Below, one piece after another: positions 1 through 10,386 of a DNA stretch of 64,000 bases. A model generated the notes under the pieces. The model had not been told where the DNA came from. It saw only the letters and a list, made by a program, of their open reading frames with translations, and did no database searches. Every line of letters starts with the position of its first letter. Position 1 is the first letter of the stretch. This stretch comes from Alphaproteobacteria bacterium (lineage in GTDB: Bacteria; Pseudomonadota; Alphaproteobacteria; Rs-D84). The stretch is from assembly GCA_017629245.1 (NCBI GenBank), contig JAGBXO010000003.1:65897-129896 (forward strand), read 5' to 3'. A program made the position numbers and the translations under genes.

Positions 1-223
1 TGCAGAAGAAAAGACAGAATTTAATGTTGTCTTGGCAGAAGTTGGCGCAAACAAATTGGCTGTAATCAAAGCTGTTAAAGAAGCAACAGGCTTAGGCTTG
101 GGCGAAGCAAAAGCTTTGGTTGAATCTGCACCAAAAGCCGTTAAAGAAAACGTTGCAAAAGACGAAGCTGACAAATTGAAAGCCGCGTTGGAAGCAGCAG
201 GTGCAAAAGTTGAATTGAAATAA
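1..223 (+). CDS. rplL: 50S ribosomal protein L7/L12, C-terminal part (5' end lies outside the window)
   Basis: The translation ...[62 protein letters not shown] is the classic L7/L12 C-terminal domain. The reading frame runs to the window start with no stop codon. Confidence 0.9.
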   Translation, partial: AEEKTEFNVVLAEVGANKLAVIKAVKEATGLGLGEAKALVESAPKAVKENVAKDEADKLKAALEAAGAKVELK

Positions 224-260
224 TTTGACTTTACCTGAACCGATACGGTTCAAAAATATC

Positions 261-326
261 GTCATATGAAAATATGACAAAACGCCGCCCGCGTGGGATG
301 AAAATTCCATGCGGGCATAACGGCGT
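261..326 (+). promoter_or_regulatory. Structured leader between rplL and rpoB: two hairpins, GTCATAT-gaaa-ATATGAC and ACGCCGCCCGC...GCGGGCataaCGGCGT
   Basis: There is a perfect 7 bp palindrome at 261-278. A long interrupted stem at 282-326 follows it. The position matches the known rplL-rpoB attenuator and RNase III processing region of enterobacteria. No U-tract follows, so neither hairpin is a canonical terminator. Confidence 0.35.
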
Positions 327-524
327 AAAAAGGCGAAAGCCAAAAATAAGAAAACTGCAGGGCAAAAAGGAGATTGTTAGATAAATTGTGCAAAGATAAT
401 TTAATCAGGAAAAACCAAATTTAATTATCTGATATTTTAATAAATTTAATTCACAATTTATTTAAGAATTTTCTTTTTGCCCTGCTATGTTTGCAAAACG
501 CACAGAAAAAAAGGATTAAAACCG

Positions 525-3500
525 ATGGCAGTTATCCAGAAACTTAGAAAATCTTTTGGTAAAAGTTTTTTGCAAACTCCGCTTCCTGATTTAGTTGAAA
601 TTCAATATAATTCCTACAAAGACTTCTTGCAGGCAGATGTTGAACCACAATCCCGCAAAAATATGGGATTGCAAAATGTATTCTCGTCTATGTTCCCTAT
701 CAAAGACTATGCCGGCATTGCCGACCTGGAATTTGTGGAATATACATTGGACAAACCTGTCTATAACGTAAAAGAATGCATGTTGCGCAACATGACATAT
801 TCCAGCAAGTTGAAACTGAAGCTGAGATTGATTTTATGGGATGTCGCAGAAGATGGCAAAAAGACACTGCGTGACATCAAAGAACAAGAAATATTTATGG
901 GCGAAGTGCCGTTAATGACTGAACGCGGCAGCTTTATCGCATCGGGTGTTGAACGCGTTATCGTATCCCAGATGCACCGTGCCCAGGGCGTTGTGTTTGC
1001 AACAACCAAAGAAGCCAAGGTTGCAGGCAATCCAATCACATACACTGCACGTATTATCCCAGAACATGGAGCCTGGATTGATTTCGAAGAATCCAAGGGC
1101 ATAATTTATGTTCGTATCGATCGCCGTCGCAAAGTTCCTGCAACGGTTTTGTTGCGTTGCCTGCCATCTGCCGATGACGAAAAGAAATGGATTGCGGATC
1201 CACGCAAACCTTCTATCAGCGGTATGTCAGATTCTGAAATATTGTCCACCTTCTATAATCGTATAGGTTTGAAATTTGATGGTAAAATGTGGACTGGCGC
1301 AACATCTGACTTCAACGGTTTGGATAAATATCGTCTGAATTATGATTTGTATGCCACCAAAGGTAAAGAAGTCATCGCGTCCAAGGGCGATCGTCTGAAT
1401 GCAAAACGCATGAAGAAGCTGCTGGATGCCAAGACATTTGCTGTCCTGCCAGAATCTTTGATTGGAGAATATCTGTTTGATCCAGTTATGTCTGGTGACG
1501 AAGTTGTATTCCCAGCAGGTACAGAAATCACCGAAGAAGTTTTGAACGATTTGGATAAAATGAACATCAAAGAAATCAGTCTGATTTCTATTGATAATGC
1601 TACAATCAGCGCGCATATGCGCAACACATTGTTGGCAGATAAAACAACAAATCGCGAAGAAGCCTTGATTGAAGTTTATAACATCATCCGTCCAGGTGAA
1701 CGTCCAACACTGGAGGCCGCAATCAATCTGTTTATGCGCCAGGGCTTTGAACCCGCATACTATGATTTGTCGGCGGTTGGTCGTTTCAAGATGAACAAGC
1801 GTTTAAAGATTGATTCTGGCAAAAAACCAGAAGATGAACGTCTGTTGACCAAATCTGATTTCTTGGCGGTATTGAAAACATTAACAAATATTATTGACCG
1901 CAAAGACAATGTTGATGATATTGATAACCTGTCAAATCGTCGCGTCCGTACAGTTGGCGAATTGTTAGAACAGAATTTCCGCACAGGTATGGTTCGCATT
2001 GAACGTTTGGTTCGCGAAGCACTGTCTTCACCAAACATTGCAAATATGCAACCCCAGGATGTAATCAATGTAAAACCATTGATGTCATTGGTATCTGAAT
2101 TCTTGGGAACATCTCAGTTGTCTCAGTTTATGGATGCATATAATCCTTTGTCTGAATTGGAACATAAGCGTCGTATTTCTGCTTTGGGACCTGGTGGACT
2201 GAACCGTGAACGTGCCGGCATTGATGTCCGCGACGTTCATCCAACACACTATGGTCGTCTGTGTCCAATTCACACCCCAGAAGGTGCGAACATTGGTCTG
2301 ATTAACCACTTGTCATCATATGCACGTGTAAATCCATATGGTTTTATCGAAACACCATATTACGTTGTTGAAAATGGTCGTGTAACAGACAAAATGGTTT
2401 ACCTGACAGCCGACGAAGAATTGGGACATAAAATTGCCCAGGGTAATACCCCAACAACCAAAGACGGTGCATTGGCCGAAGATATCGTAACGGCGCGTGT
2501 TGATGGCGAATTTACCATGGTTGCCAAAGACGAAGTTGATTTAATCGACGTTGAACCACGTCAGGTGGTGTCTATTGCAACAGGTTTGATCCCATTCGTT
2601 GAAAACGACGACGCGAACCGTGCATTGATGGGGTCTAACATGCAGCGTCAGGCCGTTCCATTATTGCGTGTCCAGGCACCATTGGTCGGTACCGGTATTG
2701 AACGCGAAGTGGCGCGTGATTCACGCACGGGTAAGGTTGCAAAACACAGTGGTATTGTTGAATCTGTTGATGCAAACCGTATCGTTGTAAAATGTATGAA
2801 CAGCCGCAATGTTGTAACAGGTGTAGATATTTACAATCTGGAAAAATTTGAACGTTCCAACAGTGAAACAATCATTCACCAGAAACCTTTGGTCAAGGTT
2901 GGTGATCGTATTTCTGCGGGCGACATCATTGCCGACGGTTCATCTATGAACTATGGTGAATTGGCGTTGGGTCGCAATGTATTGGTTGCATTTATGCCAT
3001 GGCGTGGATACAACTATGAAGACTCTATTGTTATCTCTGAACGTATTTCCCGTGACGATGTATTTACATCTGTAAAAATCGTTGAAAAGGAATTCAAGGT
3101 TCGTGATACTCAGTTGGGGCCAGAATCTTTGACTCGCGACATTCCAAATGTTGGTGAAGAAGCCTTAAAGAATCTGGACGAATCCGGTATTATCTATGTT
3201 GGCGCACGTGTAAAGCAGGGCGACATCTTGGTTGGCCGTGTTACACCAAAATCTGAAACATTATTGACTCCAGAAGAAGCGTTATTGCGCAACATCTTTG
3301 GTGAAAAGGCATTAAATGTTAAGGATACATCACTGCGCGTTGGGCCAAACGAAGAAGGTACAGTTATCGGTGTAAACGTTCTGACCCGTCATGGTGTCAA
3401 GAAAGACGAACGTACCCAGATGATTGAGCTGCAGAAAATCGAAAAAATTAACAAAGACCGCGAAGAAGAAATCGCCATTATTGAAAAAGGCTTTGCAGAC

Positions 3501-4658
3501 CAGATTTTCCAAATTGCAGAAAATATGGAAATCGAAGCTGGCAGTGGCAGTTTGAAACCGTTTATCGGCAAAAAATTGACCAGCGAAGTGTTCGAAGGCG
3601 TCCGTGCAGCCGATGTCAAGAAATTGGTTGTTAAAAACAAAGAAGCGCAAGCCAAGATTGATGAACTGCGTGAACAGCATGTTCTGAAATTAAAGTTGCT
3701 GAACGAAAAGGCTGATGCAGAAGTATCCAAGGCAACAGAAAGCAATTCTTTGAACGCAGGTGTATTAAAAGAAGTAAAAGTATACATCGCACACAAGATG
3801 AAATTGCAGCCTGGTGACAAAATGGCGGGGCGTCACGGGAACAAGGGTATTGTGTCCAAGGTTGTTCCTGTTGAAGACATGCCACACTTGGCCGACGGTA
3901 CACCGGTTGACCTGGTGCTGAATCCATTGGGTGTGCCTTCGCGTATGAATATCGGTCAGATTCTGGAAACCCACCTTGGTATGGCGGCACGCACATTGGG
4001 TGCCCAAATTGGTGCGGTTCTGGACGAAGTCAAGGCTAAACGTGCCGTTACAGACGATTTGCGTAATGTAATGGGCTGTGTGTATGGTGCCGAGGTTGCT
4101 GAAAAACTGGAAAAGATGACAGACACAGATGTTCGCGCCCAGGCAGCTCTGTTGCGTGATGGTGTTCCAATGGCGACACCAACATTCGACGGTGCGACAC
4201 CAGAAGATATTCGTTCAATGTTGAAATTGGCGAAGTTACCAGAAACAGGCCAGTTTGACCTGTATGACGGTATGACAGGCGAAAAGTTTGCACGTCCGGT
4301 CACAGTTGGAATCATGTACATGCTGAAACTGCATCACTTTGTTGATGAAAAGATTCACGCACGTTCAATTGGTAACTATTCATTGGTCACGCAACAGCCA
4401 TTGTCTGGTAAAGCCCACATGGGTGGCCAGCGTTTGGGTGAAATGGAAGTGTGGGCACTGGAAGCCCACGGTGCCGCCCACCTGTTGCGCGAAATGTTGA
4501 CGGTAAAATCTGACGATATCACCGGCCGAAACAAGATGTATGAATCCATCATTTCCGGCAGCAATGATATCCAGACCGGCACACCAGAAGCTTTCAACGT
4601 ATTCGTTCGCGAATTGCGTGGATTGGGTCTGGCAATGACACCAAAGAAAGTAGATTAG
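525..4658 (+). CDS. rpoB: DNA-directed RNA polymerase subunit beta
   Basis: The 1377 aa product has typical RpoB blocks (MAVIQKLRKSFGK..., GPGGL, NMQRQAVP, HGNKG, GGQRLGEMEVWALEAHGAA). The start was moved to Met17 of the ORF (MAVIQK...), which matches conserved RpoB N-termini. Confidence 0.93.
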   Translation: MAVIQKLRKSFGKSFLQTPLPDLVEIQYNSYKDFLQADVEPQSRKNMGLQNVFSSMFPIKDYAGIADLEFVEYTLDKPVYNVKECMLRNMTYSSKLKLKLRLILWDVAEDGKKTLRDIKEQEIFMGEVPLMTERGSFIASGVERVIVSQMHRAQGVVFATTKEAKVAGNPITYTARIIPEHGAWIDFEESKGIIYVRIDRRRKVPATVLLRCLPSADDEKKWIADPRKPSISGMSDSEILSTFYNRIGLKFDGKMWTGATSDFNGLDKYRLNYDLYATKGKEVIASKGDRLNAKRMKKLLDAKTFAVLPESLIGEYLFDPVMSGDEVVFPAGTEITEEVLNDLDKMNIKEISLISIDNATISAHMRNTLLADKTTNREEALIEVYNIIRPGERPTLEAAINLFMRQGFEPAYYDLSAVGRFKMNKRLKIDSGKKPEDERLLTKSDFLAVLKTLTNIIDRKDNVDDIDNLSNRRVRTVGELLEQNFRTGMVRIERLVREALSSPNIANMQPQDVINVKPLMSLVSEFLGTSQLSQFMDAYNPLSELEHKRRISALGPGGLNRERAGIDVRDVHPTHYGRLCPIHTPEGANIGLINHLSSYARVNPYGFIETPYYVVENGRVTDKMVYLTADEELGHKIAQGNTPTTKDGALAEDIVTARVDGEFTMVAKDEVDLIDVEPRQVVSIATGLIPFVENDDANRALMGSNMQRQAVPLLRVQAPLVGTGIEREVARDSRTGKVAKHSGIVESVDANRIVVKCMNSRNVVTGVDIYNLEKFERSNSETIIHQKPLVKVGDRISAGDIIADGSSMNYGELALGRNVLVAFMPWRGYNYEDSIVISERISRDDVFTSVKIVEKEFKVRDTQLGPESLTRDIPNVGEEALKNLDESGIIYVGARVKQGDILVGRVTPKSETLLTPEEALLRNIFGEKALNVKDTSLRVGPNEEGTVIGVNVLTRHGVKKDERTQMIELQKIEKINKDREEEIAIIEKGFADQIFQIAENMEIEAGSGSLKPFIGKKLTSEVFEGVRAADVKKLVVKNKEAQAKIDELREQHVLKLKLLNEKADAEVSKATESNSLNAGVLKEVKVYIAHKMKLQPGDKMAGRHGNKGIVSKVVPVEDMPHLADGTPVDLVLNPLGVPSRMNIGQILETHLGMAARTLGAQIGAVLDEVKAKRAVTDDLRNVMGCVYGAEVAEKLEKMTDTDVRAQAALLRDGVPMATPTFDGATPEDIRSMLKLAKLPETGQFDLYDGMTGEKFARPVTVGIMYMLKLHHFVDEKIHARSIGNYSLVTQQPLSGKAHMGGQRLGEMEVWALEAHGAAHLLREMLTVKSDDITGRNKMYESIISGSNDIQTGTPEAFNVFVRELRGLGLAMTPKKVD

Positions 4659-4717
4659 TTGTTAGCATTGGTGTGGGGGCGTTTCCCCACACCCTAACCA
4701 CTAGCCACACTAACAAC
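4658..4717 (+). promoter_or_regulatory. Nested perfect hairpin in the rpoB-rpoC intergenic region (GTTGTTAG...GGTGTGGGG-loop-CCCCACACC...CTAACAAC)
   Basis: An 8 bp outer stem and a 9 bp inner stem are read directly from the sequence. The structure starts at the rpoB stop codon and lies 30 nt before the rpoC RBS (AAGGAG at 4734). It resembles the RNase III processing or attenuator site known between rpoB and rpoC. Confidence 0.4.
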
Positions 4718-4748
4718 TAAAAACTATTCTATTAAGGAGCAAAAAATA

Positions 4749-7700
4749 ATGAGCAATATGTTGCAAAAGATTTTTGGACAAATTGAAACCAAGGAACAGT
4801 TTGATGCCCTGCGTATCACAATTGCGTCCCCCGAAGAAATTTTGTCCTGGTCCCATGGCGAGGTAAAAAAACCAGAAACCATCAACTATCATTCTATGAA
4901 ACCAGAAGCCGAAGGTTTGTTCTGCCAGCAGATTTTTGGTCCGGTCAAAGACTATGAATGTGCGTGTGGTAAGTATAAAAGAATCAAATTCCGTGGCGTT
5001 GTCTGTGAACGTTGCGGGGTCGAAGTTGGTTCTGCATCTGTTCGTCGTGAACGTATGGGGCACATTAAATTGGCGATGCCTGTTGCGCACACATGGTTCC
5101 TGCGCGAAGGTAAAATCGCAACATTATTAAATAACCTGCCACAAAAGAAATTGGAACAGGTTATCTCTTATGATGCATACATCGTTATTGAACCAGGTTT
5201 AACAAATCTGAAACAGTATGATGTTATCAGCGAAGACGAATACCAGGCTGCGGTCGAAGAATTTGGTGCAGACGCATTCCGCGTTGGCATTGGTGCCGAA
5301 GGTGTCCGCAATATTATCGCGAATTTGGATATGGGCGATGAACGCACTCGTCTGCGTGCAGAATTGCAAGATACTAAATCCGAAGCCAAACGCAAGGCAA
5401 TCATCAAACAGTTAAAATTGGTCGAAGCATTCTTGGATTCCAAGACAGAACCTGCGTGGATGATGCCAGATATTATCCCGGTTATCCCACCAGATATGCG
5501 TCCATTGGTCACATTGGATGCGGGGCATGTTGCGGCATCTGACCTGAATGATTTGTATCGTCGTGTAATCATCCGTAATAATCGTTTGAAACGTTTTATG
5601 GAAATGCATGCACCAGATATCATTATCCGCAACGAAAAACGCATGTTGCAAGAAGCGGTTGATTCATTGTTTGACAACGGTCACAAGGCCCGTCCAATGG
5701 TATCCCAGAACCGTCGTCCATTGAAATCACTGTCTGATTCATTGCGTGGTAAATCTGGTCGTTTCCGTATGAACATGTTGGGTAAACGTGTTGACTATTC
5801 TGGTCGTTCGGTTATCGTATCTGGTCCAACATTGAAATTGCACCAGGTTGGTTTGCCAAAGACAATGGCATTGGAATTGTTCAAACCTTTTGTTTATGCA
5901 CGTCTGTTAGCGGGTGATCATGCAAACACATTGAAAACCGCGCGCAAGATGGTTGAAAACGGCGAAGATGTTGTATGGGAAATCCTGGAACAGGTTATTT
6001 ATCAGCATCCTGTATTGTTAAACCGTGCGCCAACCTTGCACCGTTTGTCATTGTTGGCATTTGAACCAGTTTTGATAGAAGGCAAGGCAATCCGTCTGCA
6101 TCCATTGGTATGTAAGGGCTTTAATGCTGACTTTGACGGTGACCAGATGTCTGTTCACGTTCCAATTTCATTAGAGGCACAATTAGAAGCGCGCACATTA
6201 ATGTTGTCATCTAACAATGTATTGTCGCCTGCAAATGGTGAACCAATGATTGTTCCATCCCAGGACATGGTATTGGGCGTATACTACATTTCATTGATTA
6301 ACGGTGAACATGATGAAAAGTCCCCTCGCTTTGCGAATATGGACGAAGTAAAATTGGCACTGGAAAACAAGACAATTACATTGCACACACCAATTGTTGC
6401 GCGTATCAACGGTAAAATCTATAAAACAACCGCTGGTCGTATGATTTTGGGTGAATTGCTGCCAAAATCTGACAACATGCCATTTGATTTGGTAAACAAA
6501 GTTATGCCAGTAAAAGAAATCAAGGCTTTGTTGGCAACAACATATGAACGTTGCGGTGACAAAGAAACAATTCTGTTGGCGGACGCATTAAAGAACACCG
6601 GTTTTGAACAGGCAGCGCGCAGTGGTATTTCAATTGGTTATGACGATATCGTTATTCCAGAAGAAAAGAAAACACTGATTGCAGAATCTGAAAAATCTGC
6701 CGAAGAAATTGAAGACCAGTATCAAAACGGTTTGTTGTCTGGCGGTGAACGTCACAATAAACTGATTGACTTGTGGCAGAAAACAACCGATAAACTGGGT
6801 GATATGGCGTATGCTGCGCTGGGTAAATCAACAGGTGACAATTGGAATTCTGTATATATGATGGCATTGTCTGGTGCCCGTGGTTCTAAACGTCAGATTC
6901 AGCAGTTGGCGGGTATGCGTGGTATGATGCAGAAACCAGACGGTTCTATTATTGAAGTTCCAATTATTTCGAACTTTAAAGAAGGTCTGACCATGTCTGA
7001 ATACTTTACATCCACCCACGGTGCACGTAAAGGTATGTCGGACACGGCTTTGAAAACTGCTGACGCTGGTTACTTGACCCGTCGTTTGGTTGAATTGGCG
7101 CAGAACACAGTCATTACTGAACACGATTGTGGCACAACAGAATACATCACAGCGAAACCGGTTTATACTGGTTCTACATTGTCTGTTGCGCTGGGTGATG
7201 TTGTATTGGGACGTACCGCGGCCCGCGACATTGTTCATCCAATCAGTAAAGAAGTAATTGTTCCTGCCGGCGAATTGATTACCAAGGCCGCAGCCAAGGC
7301 AATTAATGAATCTGGTCTGCCAAGCGTTGATGTGCGCAGTGTTCTGACATGTTGCAGTGACGGTCTGTGTGCAAAATGTTATGGTATGGATTTGTCTCGT
7401 AATGCATTGGTACATGTTGGCGAAGCGGTTGGTGTTATCGCAGGTCAGTCTATTGGTGAACCTGGTACCCAGTTGACATTGCGTACCTTCCACATTGGTG
7501 GTATTGCGGCTGGTGGTGCAGAAAGTCACTTTATTGAAGTTCCTGTCGCAGGTACTGTAAAACTGGTTGATGTTAACACAATTAAGAACAGTGCAGGCCG
7601 TGTTGTAGTTTTAAGCCGTAACGGCAAAGTTGCAGTTGTTGATGACGAAGGCAAAGAATTGTTCAGCTGTGCATTACCATATGCTGCAATGTTGATTGTT

Positions 7701-8858
7701 AACGAAGGCGATCGCGTCGAAAAAGGCGCCAAGGTTGCAGAATGGGATCCTTATTCTAATACAATCATCGCGGAAAAAGATGGGGTTGTTAACTTTAATG
7801 ACCTGATTGAAAACGTTTCATACCAAGAAGAAGTCGATTCTATGACAGGTATCGTCTCGCGCAAGGTTATTAACTGGAAAACAAACACCAAGAAGGCATT
7901 ACAACCTGCAATCACATTGGTTGACGCAGCAGGTAATGTTATCAACCTGGGCGGTAAAAAGATTGCAGAATACATGCTGCCAATCTATTCTGTTCTGAAT
8001 GTTGCAAATGGTGACACTGTTGTTGCTGGTGACATTTTGGCGCGTATCCCGGTTCAGGCGAAACGTACAGGCGACATTACCGGTGGTTTGCCACGCGTTA
8101 ATGAATTATTGGAAGTTCGTCGTCCAACCAACCCTGCATTATTGGCAGAAGTTGACGGTACAATTGAATTGGAAGATGCCAAGTCCAAGATTATTATTCG
8201 CATTGAACCAAACGATGGTACTGCACCGGTTGAATATGCTGTGCCAAAGGGGACAAACCTGTTGGTTCGCAGCGGAGATGTAGTTAAAAAGGCAGAAAAG
8301 TTGGTTGATGGAGACCCGGTACCTCAGGATATCTTGCGTATCTTGGGCCAAAAAGCCTTGGCAACATTTATGGTTGACCAGATTCAGCAGGTTTATCGTC
8401 TGCAGGGTGTAACCATCAATGACAAACACATTGAAATTCTGATACGTGAAATGACACGTCGTGTTGAAATCACAAACCCAGGTGACACGGGCTTCTTGAT
8501 GGGCCAGGTTGTTGACCGTGTTGATTTCGAAGAAGAAAACGCACGTGTTGCACGCGACAATGGTCGTCTGGCCGAAGCGTCCCAGGTCTTGGTTGGCCTG
8601 ACCCGTGCATCCTTGACATCGCGTTCATTTATTTCAAATGCTTCGTTCCAACAGACAACCAAGGTTCTGGTAGATGCCGCAATTTCCGGTTCAACCGATA
8701 AATTGGTTGGTATCAACGAAAACCTGATTGTTGGTCGTTTGATTCCAATTGGAACAGGTGCTTATGTTCGTCGTGTTCGCGAAATTGCGCGCGAAGAAGA
8801 AAAGGCGGAGCGTTTGGCACGTGAAGGAAATGGTCAACAGCAGTTGCTGGATATCTAA
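4749..8858 (+). CDS. rpoC: DNA-directed RNA polymerase subunit beta'
   Basis: The 1369 aa product carries the NADFDGDQM catalytic motif and a zinc-binding Cys cluster (CACGKYKRIKFRGVVCERCGVEV). A strong RBS precedes the ATG. Confidence 0.95.
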   Translation: MSNMLQKIFGQIETKEQFDALRITIASPEEILSWSHGEVKKPETINYHSMKPEAEGLFCQQIFGPVKDYECACGKYKRIKFRGVVCERCGVEVGSASVRRERMGHIKLAMPVAHTWFLREGKIATLLNNLPQKKLEQVISYDAYIVIEPGLTNLKQYDVISEDEYQAAVEEFGADAFRVGIGAEGVRNIIANLDMGDERTRLRAELQDTKSEAKRKAIIKQLKLVEAFLDSKTEPAWMMPDIIPVIPPDMRPLVTLDAGHVAASDLNDLYRRVIIRNNRLKRFMEMHAPDIIIRNEKRMLQEAVDSLFDNGHKARPMVSQNRRPLKSLSDSLRGKSGRFRMNMLGKRVDYSGRSVIVSGPTLKLHQVGLPKTMALELFKPFVYARLLAGDHANTLKTARKMVENGEDVVWEILEQVIYQHPVLLNRAPTLHRLSLLAFEPVLIEGKAIRLHPLVCKGFNADFDGDQMSVHVPISLEAQLEARTLMLSSNNVLSPANGEPMIVPSQDMVLGVYYISLINGEHDEKSPRFANMDEVKLALENKTITLHTPIVARINGKIYKTTAGRMILGELLPKSDNMPFDLVNKVMPVKEIKALLATTYERCGDKETILLADALKNTGFEQAARSGISIGYDDIVIPEEKKTLIAESEKSAEEIEDQYQNGLLSGGERHNKLIDLWQKTTDKLGDMAYAALGKSTGDNWNSVYMMALSGARGSKRQIQQLAGMRGMMQKPDGSIIEVPIISNFKEGLTMSEYFTSTHGARKGMSDTALKTADAGYLTRRLVELAQNTVITEHDCGTTEYITAKPVYTGSTLSVALGDVVLGRTAARDIVHPISKEVIVPAGELITKAAAKAINESGLPSVDVRSVLTCCSDGLCAKCYGMDLSRNALVHVGEAVGVIAGQSIGEPGTQLTLRTFHIGGIAAGGAESHFIEVPVAGTVKLVDVNTIKNSAGRVVVLSRNGKVAVVDDEGKELFSCALPYAAMLIVNEGDRVEKGAKVAEWDPYSNTIIAEKDGVVNFNDLIENVSYQEEVDSMTGIVSRKVINWKTNTKKALQPAITLVDAAGNVINLGGKKIAEYMLPIYSVLNVANGDTVVAGDILARIPVQAKRTGDITGGLPRVNELLEVRRPTNPALLAEVDGTIELEDAKSKIIIRIEPNDGTAPVEYAVPKGTNLLVRSGDVVKKAEKLVDGDPVPQDILRILGQKALATFMVDQIQQVYRLQGVTINDKHIEILIREMTRRVEITNPGDTGFLMGQVVDRVDFEEENARVARDNGRLAEASQVLVGLTRASLTSRSFISNASFQQTTKVLVDAAISGSTDKLVGINENLIVGRLIPIGTGAYVRRVREIAREEEKAERLAREGNGQQQLLDI

Positions 8859-8868
8859 AACAAAAATA

Positions 8869-8907
8869 CCCGTCCAGGGGTATCTCCTGGACAGGTATAA
8901 ACTTTTT
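8869..8907 (+). terminator. Rho-independent terminator after rpoC
   Basis: A 10 bp stem with one mismatch (ACCCGTCCAGG/CCTGGACAGGT) has a 7 nt loop. A TTTTT run follows 5 nt downstream. Confidence 0.45.
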
Positions 8908-8967
8908 CTTGCAAATGCCTAGAATTTAGATAGAATAGGACAGTTATAAAATAAAAAGGATATAAAA

Positions 8968-9117
8968 ATGGCAACGCCAAAAAGTAAAACAAGTAAAGCA
9001 CGTTCTGCACAGCGTCGTTCACATGATGCATTGTCTGTAATGCCTTGTGGGGTATGCAAAACATGTGGCGAAAAGAAGCGCCCACATCACGTTTGTTCTG
9101 CATGCGGTGCAAAATAA
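8968..9117 (+). CDS. rpmF: 50S ribosomal protein L32
   Basis: This 49 aa ORF is not in the supplied track because it is under 60 aa. Its product is MATPKSKTSKARSAQRRSHDALSVMPCGVCKTCGEKKRPHHVCSACGAK. The RRSHDAL and CxxCGExKRPHHVCxxCG motifs are the L32 signature, and an RBS (AAAGGA) lies 8 nt upstream. Confidence 0.85.
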   Translation: MATPKSKTSKARSAQRRSHDALSVMPCGVCKTCGEKKRPHHVCSACGAK

Positions 9118-9188
9118 TTTAACATAAAATATATGGGCAGAAAAAGGGCAGGGCAAATGTTCATGCCTTTTCTGCTTTTTTATACACA

Positions 9189-10259
9189 ATGTCAGACGAA
9201 AAAAAAATTATTTCAATTGATGCCATGGGCGGGGACAAAGGTCCAAACGCCGTCCTGGGCGGAATGAATCAATATTTATATCAAAATGGCGAAGGTAAGA
9301 TTTTCTTTCGCGTGTTTGGTGATGAAAAGAAATTACGCCGCCTGTTGGCAAAATATCCCCGTGTTTCCCGCAATTGTGAAGTGATTCATGCACCAAATAT
9401 CATCAAACCAACGGACAAGGTTATGGATGTTCTGCGTCATGCACAGGATACTTCTATGTACATGGCAATCAAGGATGTTCGCGAAGGTAATTCGTCTGCG
9501 GTAATCAGTGCGGGTAATACCGGTATTTTGATGTCTTTATCAAAATTGGCTTTAAAGACGATTGATGGTATTTCGCGTCCTGCGATTACAACGATGTTGC
9601 CATCTGGGGCCGGCGACAGTCGTGTGGTTGTACTGGACTTAGGGGCAAATGTTCAATGTGACGAAACAATATTGTTTGATTTTGCCGTTTTGGGCAGTGT
9701 TTATGCCGAAGTGGTCGGCCACATGCCAAAGCCAAAATTGGGTGTTTTGAACATTGGTTCCGAAGAAACCAAGGGGAATGAAACGCTGGTTCATTTGAAT
9801 AAGATTCTGACAGAAAACAAAGATAAATTACCATATGAATATATCGGCTTTGTCGAAGGAAATGACATCAGCGCCGGTCGTGTCCAGGTAGTTGTGACCG
9901 ACGGCTTTACTGGTAATATTGTGCTGAAAACAGTCGAAGGTACTGCACGCCTGGTAAAACGCGTTGTTGTTGAAAATTTCAAGAAATCTGTTTTGGCAAT
10001 AATTGGTGCGTTCTTCCTGATTCATGTCTTTAAAAGATTGAAACACAAAATTGATCCGCGTTCTTATGCAGGTGCAACATTCTTAGGTTTGCGTGGATTT
10101 GCGGTAAAAACCCATGGGAACAGTGATGCATTGGCGTTTGCGAATTCAATTGGTTATACCGCCGAATTAACCAAGGCAAACCTGAATGGTCTGATTGCGG
10201 AACGCGCCCGCGCCTTGGCCGATATTCGCGCAACAATTCATAATGACGGAGGACAATAA
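9189..10259 (+). CDS. plsX: Phosphate acyltransferase PlsX
   Basis: The N-terminus IISIDAMGGDKGP and the overall length of 356 aa match PlsX. The rpmF-plsX pairing is conserved in many bacteria. Confidence 0.85.
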   Translation: MSDEKKIISIDAMGGDKGPNAVLGGMNQYLYQNGEGKIFFRVFGDEKKLRRLLAKYPRVSRNCEVIHAPNIIKPTDKVMDVLRHAQDTSMYMAIKDVREGNSSAVISAGNTGILMSLSKLALKTIDGISRPAITTMLPSGAGDSRVVVLDLGANVQCDETILFDFAVLGSVYAEVVGHMPKPKLGVLNIGSEETKGNETLVHLNKILTENKDKLPYEYIGFVEGNDISAGRVQVVVTDGFTGNIVLKTVEGTARLVKRVVVENFKKSVLAIIGAFFLIHVFKRLKHKIDPRSYAGATFLGLRGFAVKTHGNSDALAFANSIGYTAELTKANLNGLIAERARALADIRATIHNDGGQ

Positions 10260-10262
10260 ATA

Positions 10263-10286
10263 CACCGCCCATATGGGTGGTTTTTT
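10263..10286 (+). terminator. Rho-independent terminator after plsX
   Basis: The hairpin CACCGCCCATATGGGTGG is followed by TTTTTT. Confidence 0.6.
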
Positions 10287-10386
10287 CTTGCAAAATTCAA
10301 AAAGTTATATATAATATTCCTGACTTTGCGGGTGGGCGCAGGGTCGGTCCGATTAACCCCACAAGACCTCGCTGTTATAAAAACAT

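Noticed and set aside
236-259. Hairpin TGAACCGATACGGTTCA directly after rplL as a terminator
   Set aside because: The hairpin is followed by an A-run on the plus strand. On the minus strand it is followed by GGTAAAG. No U-tract exists in either orientation.
761-8716. Many ORFs of 60-230 aa on the opposite strand within rpoB and rpoC (for example 6828-7529, 3389-3820)
   Set aside because: They are fully embedded antisense to strongly conserved RNA polymerase genes. Their products are low-complexity or Cys/Thr-rich with no start signals. They are typical shadow ORFs.
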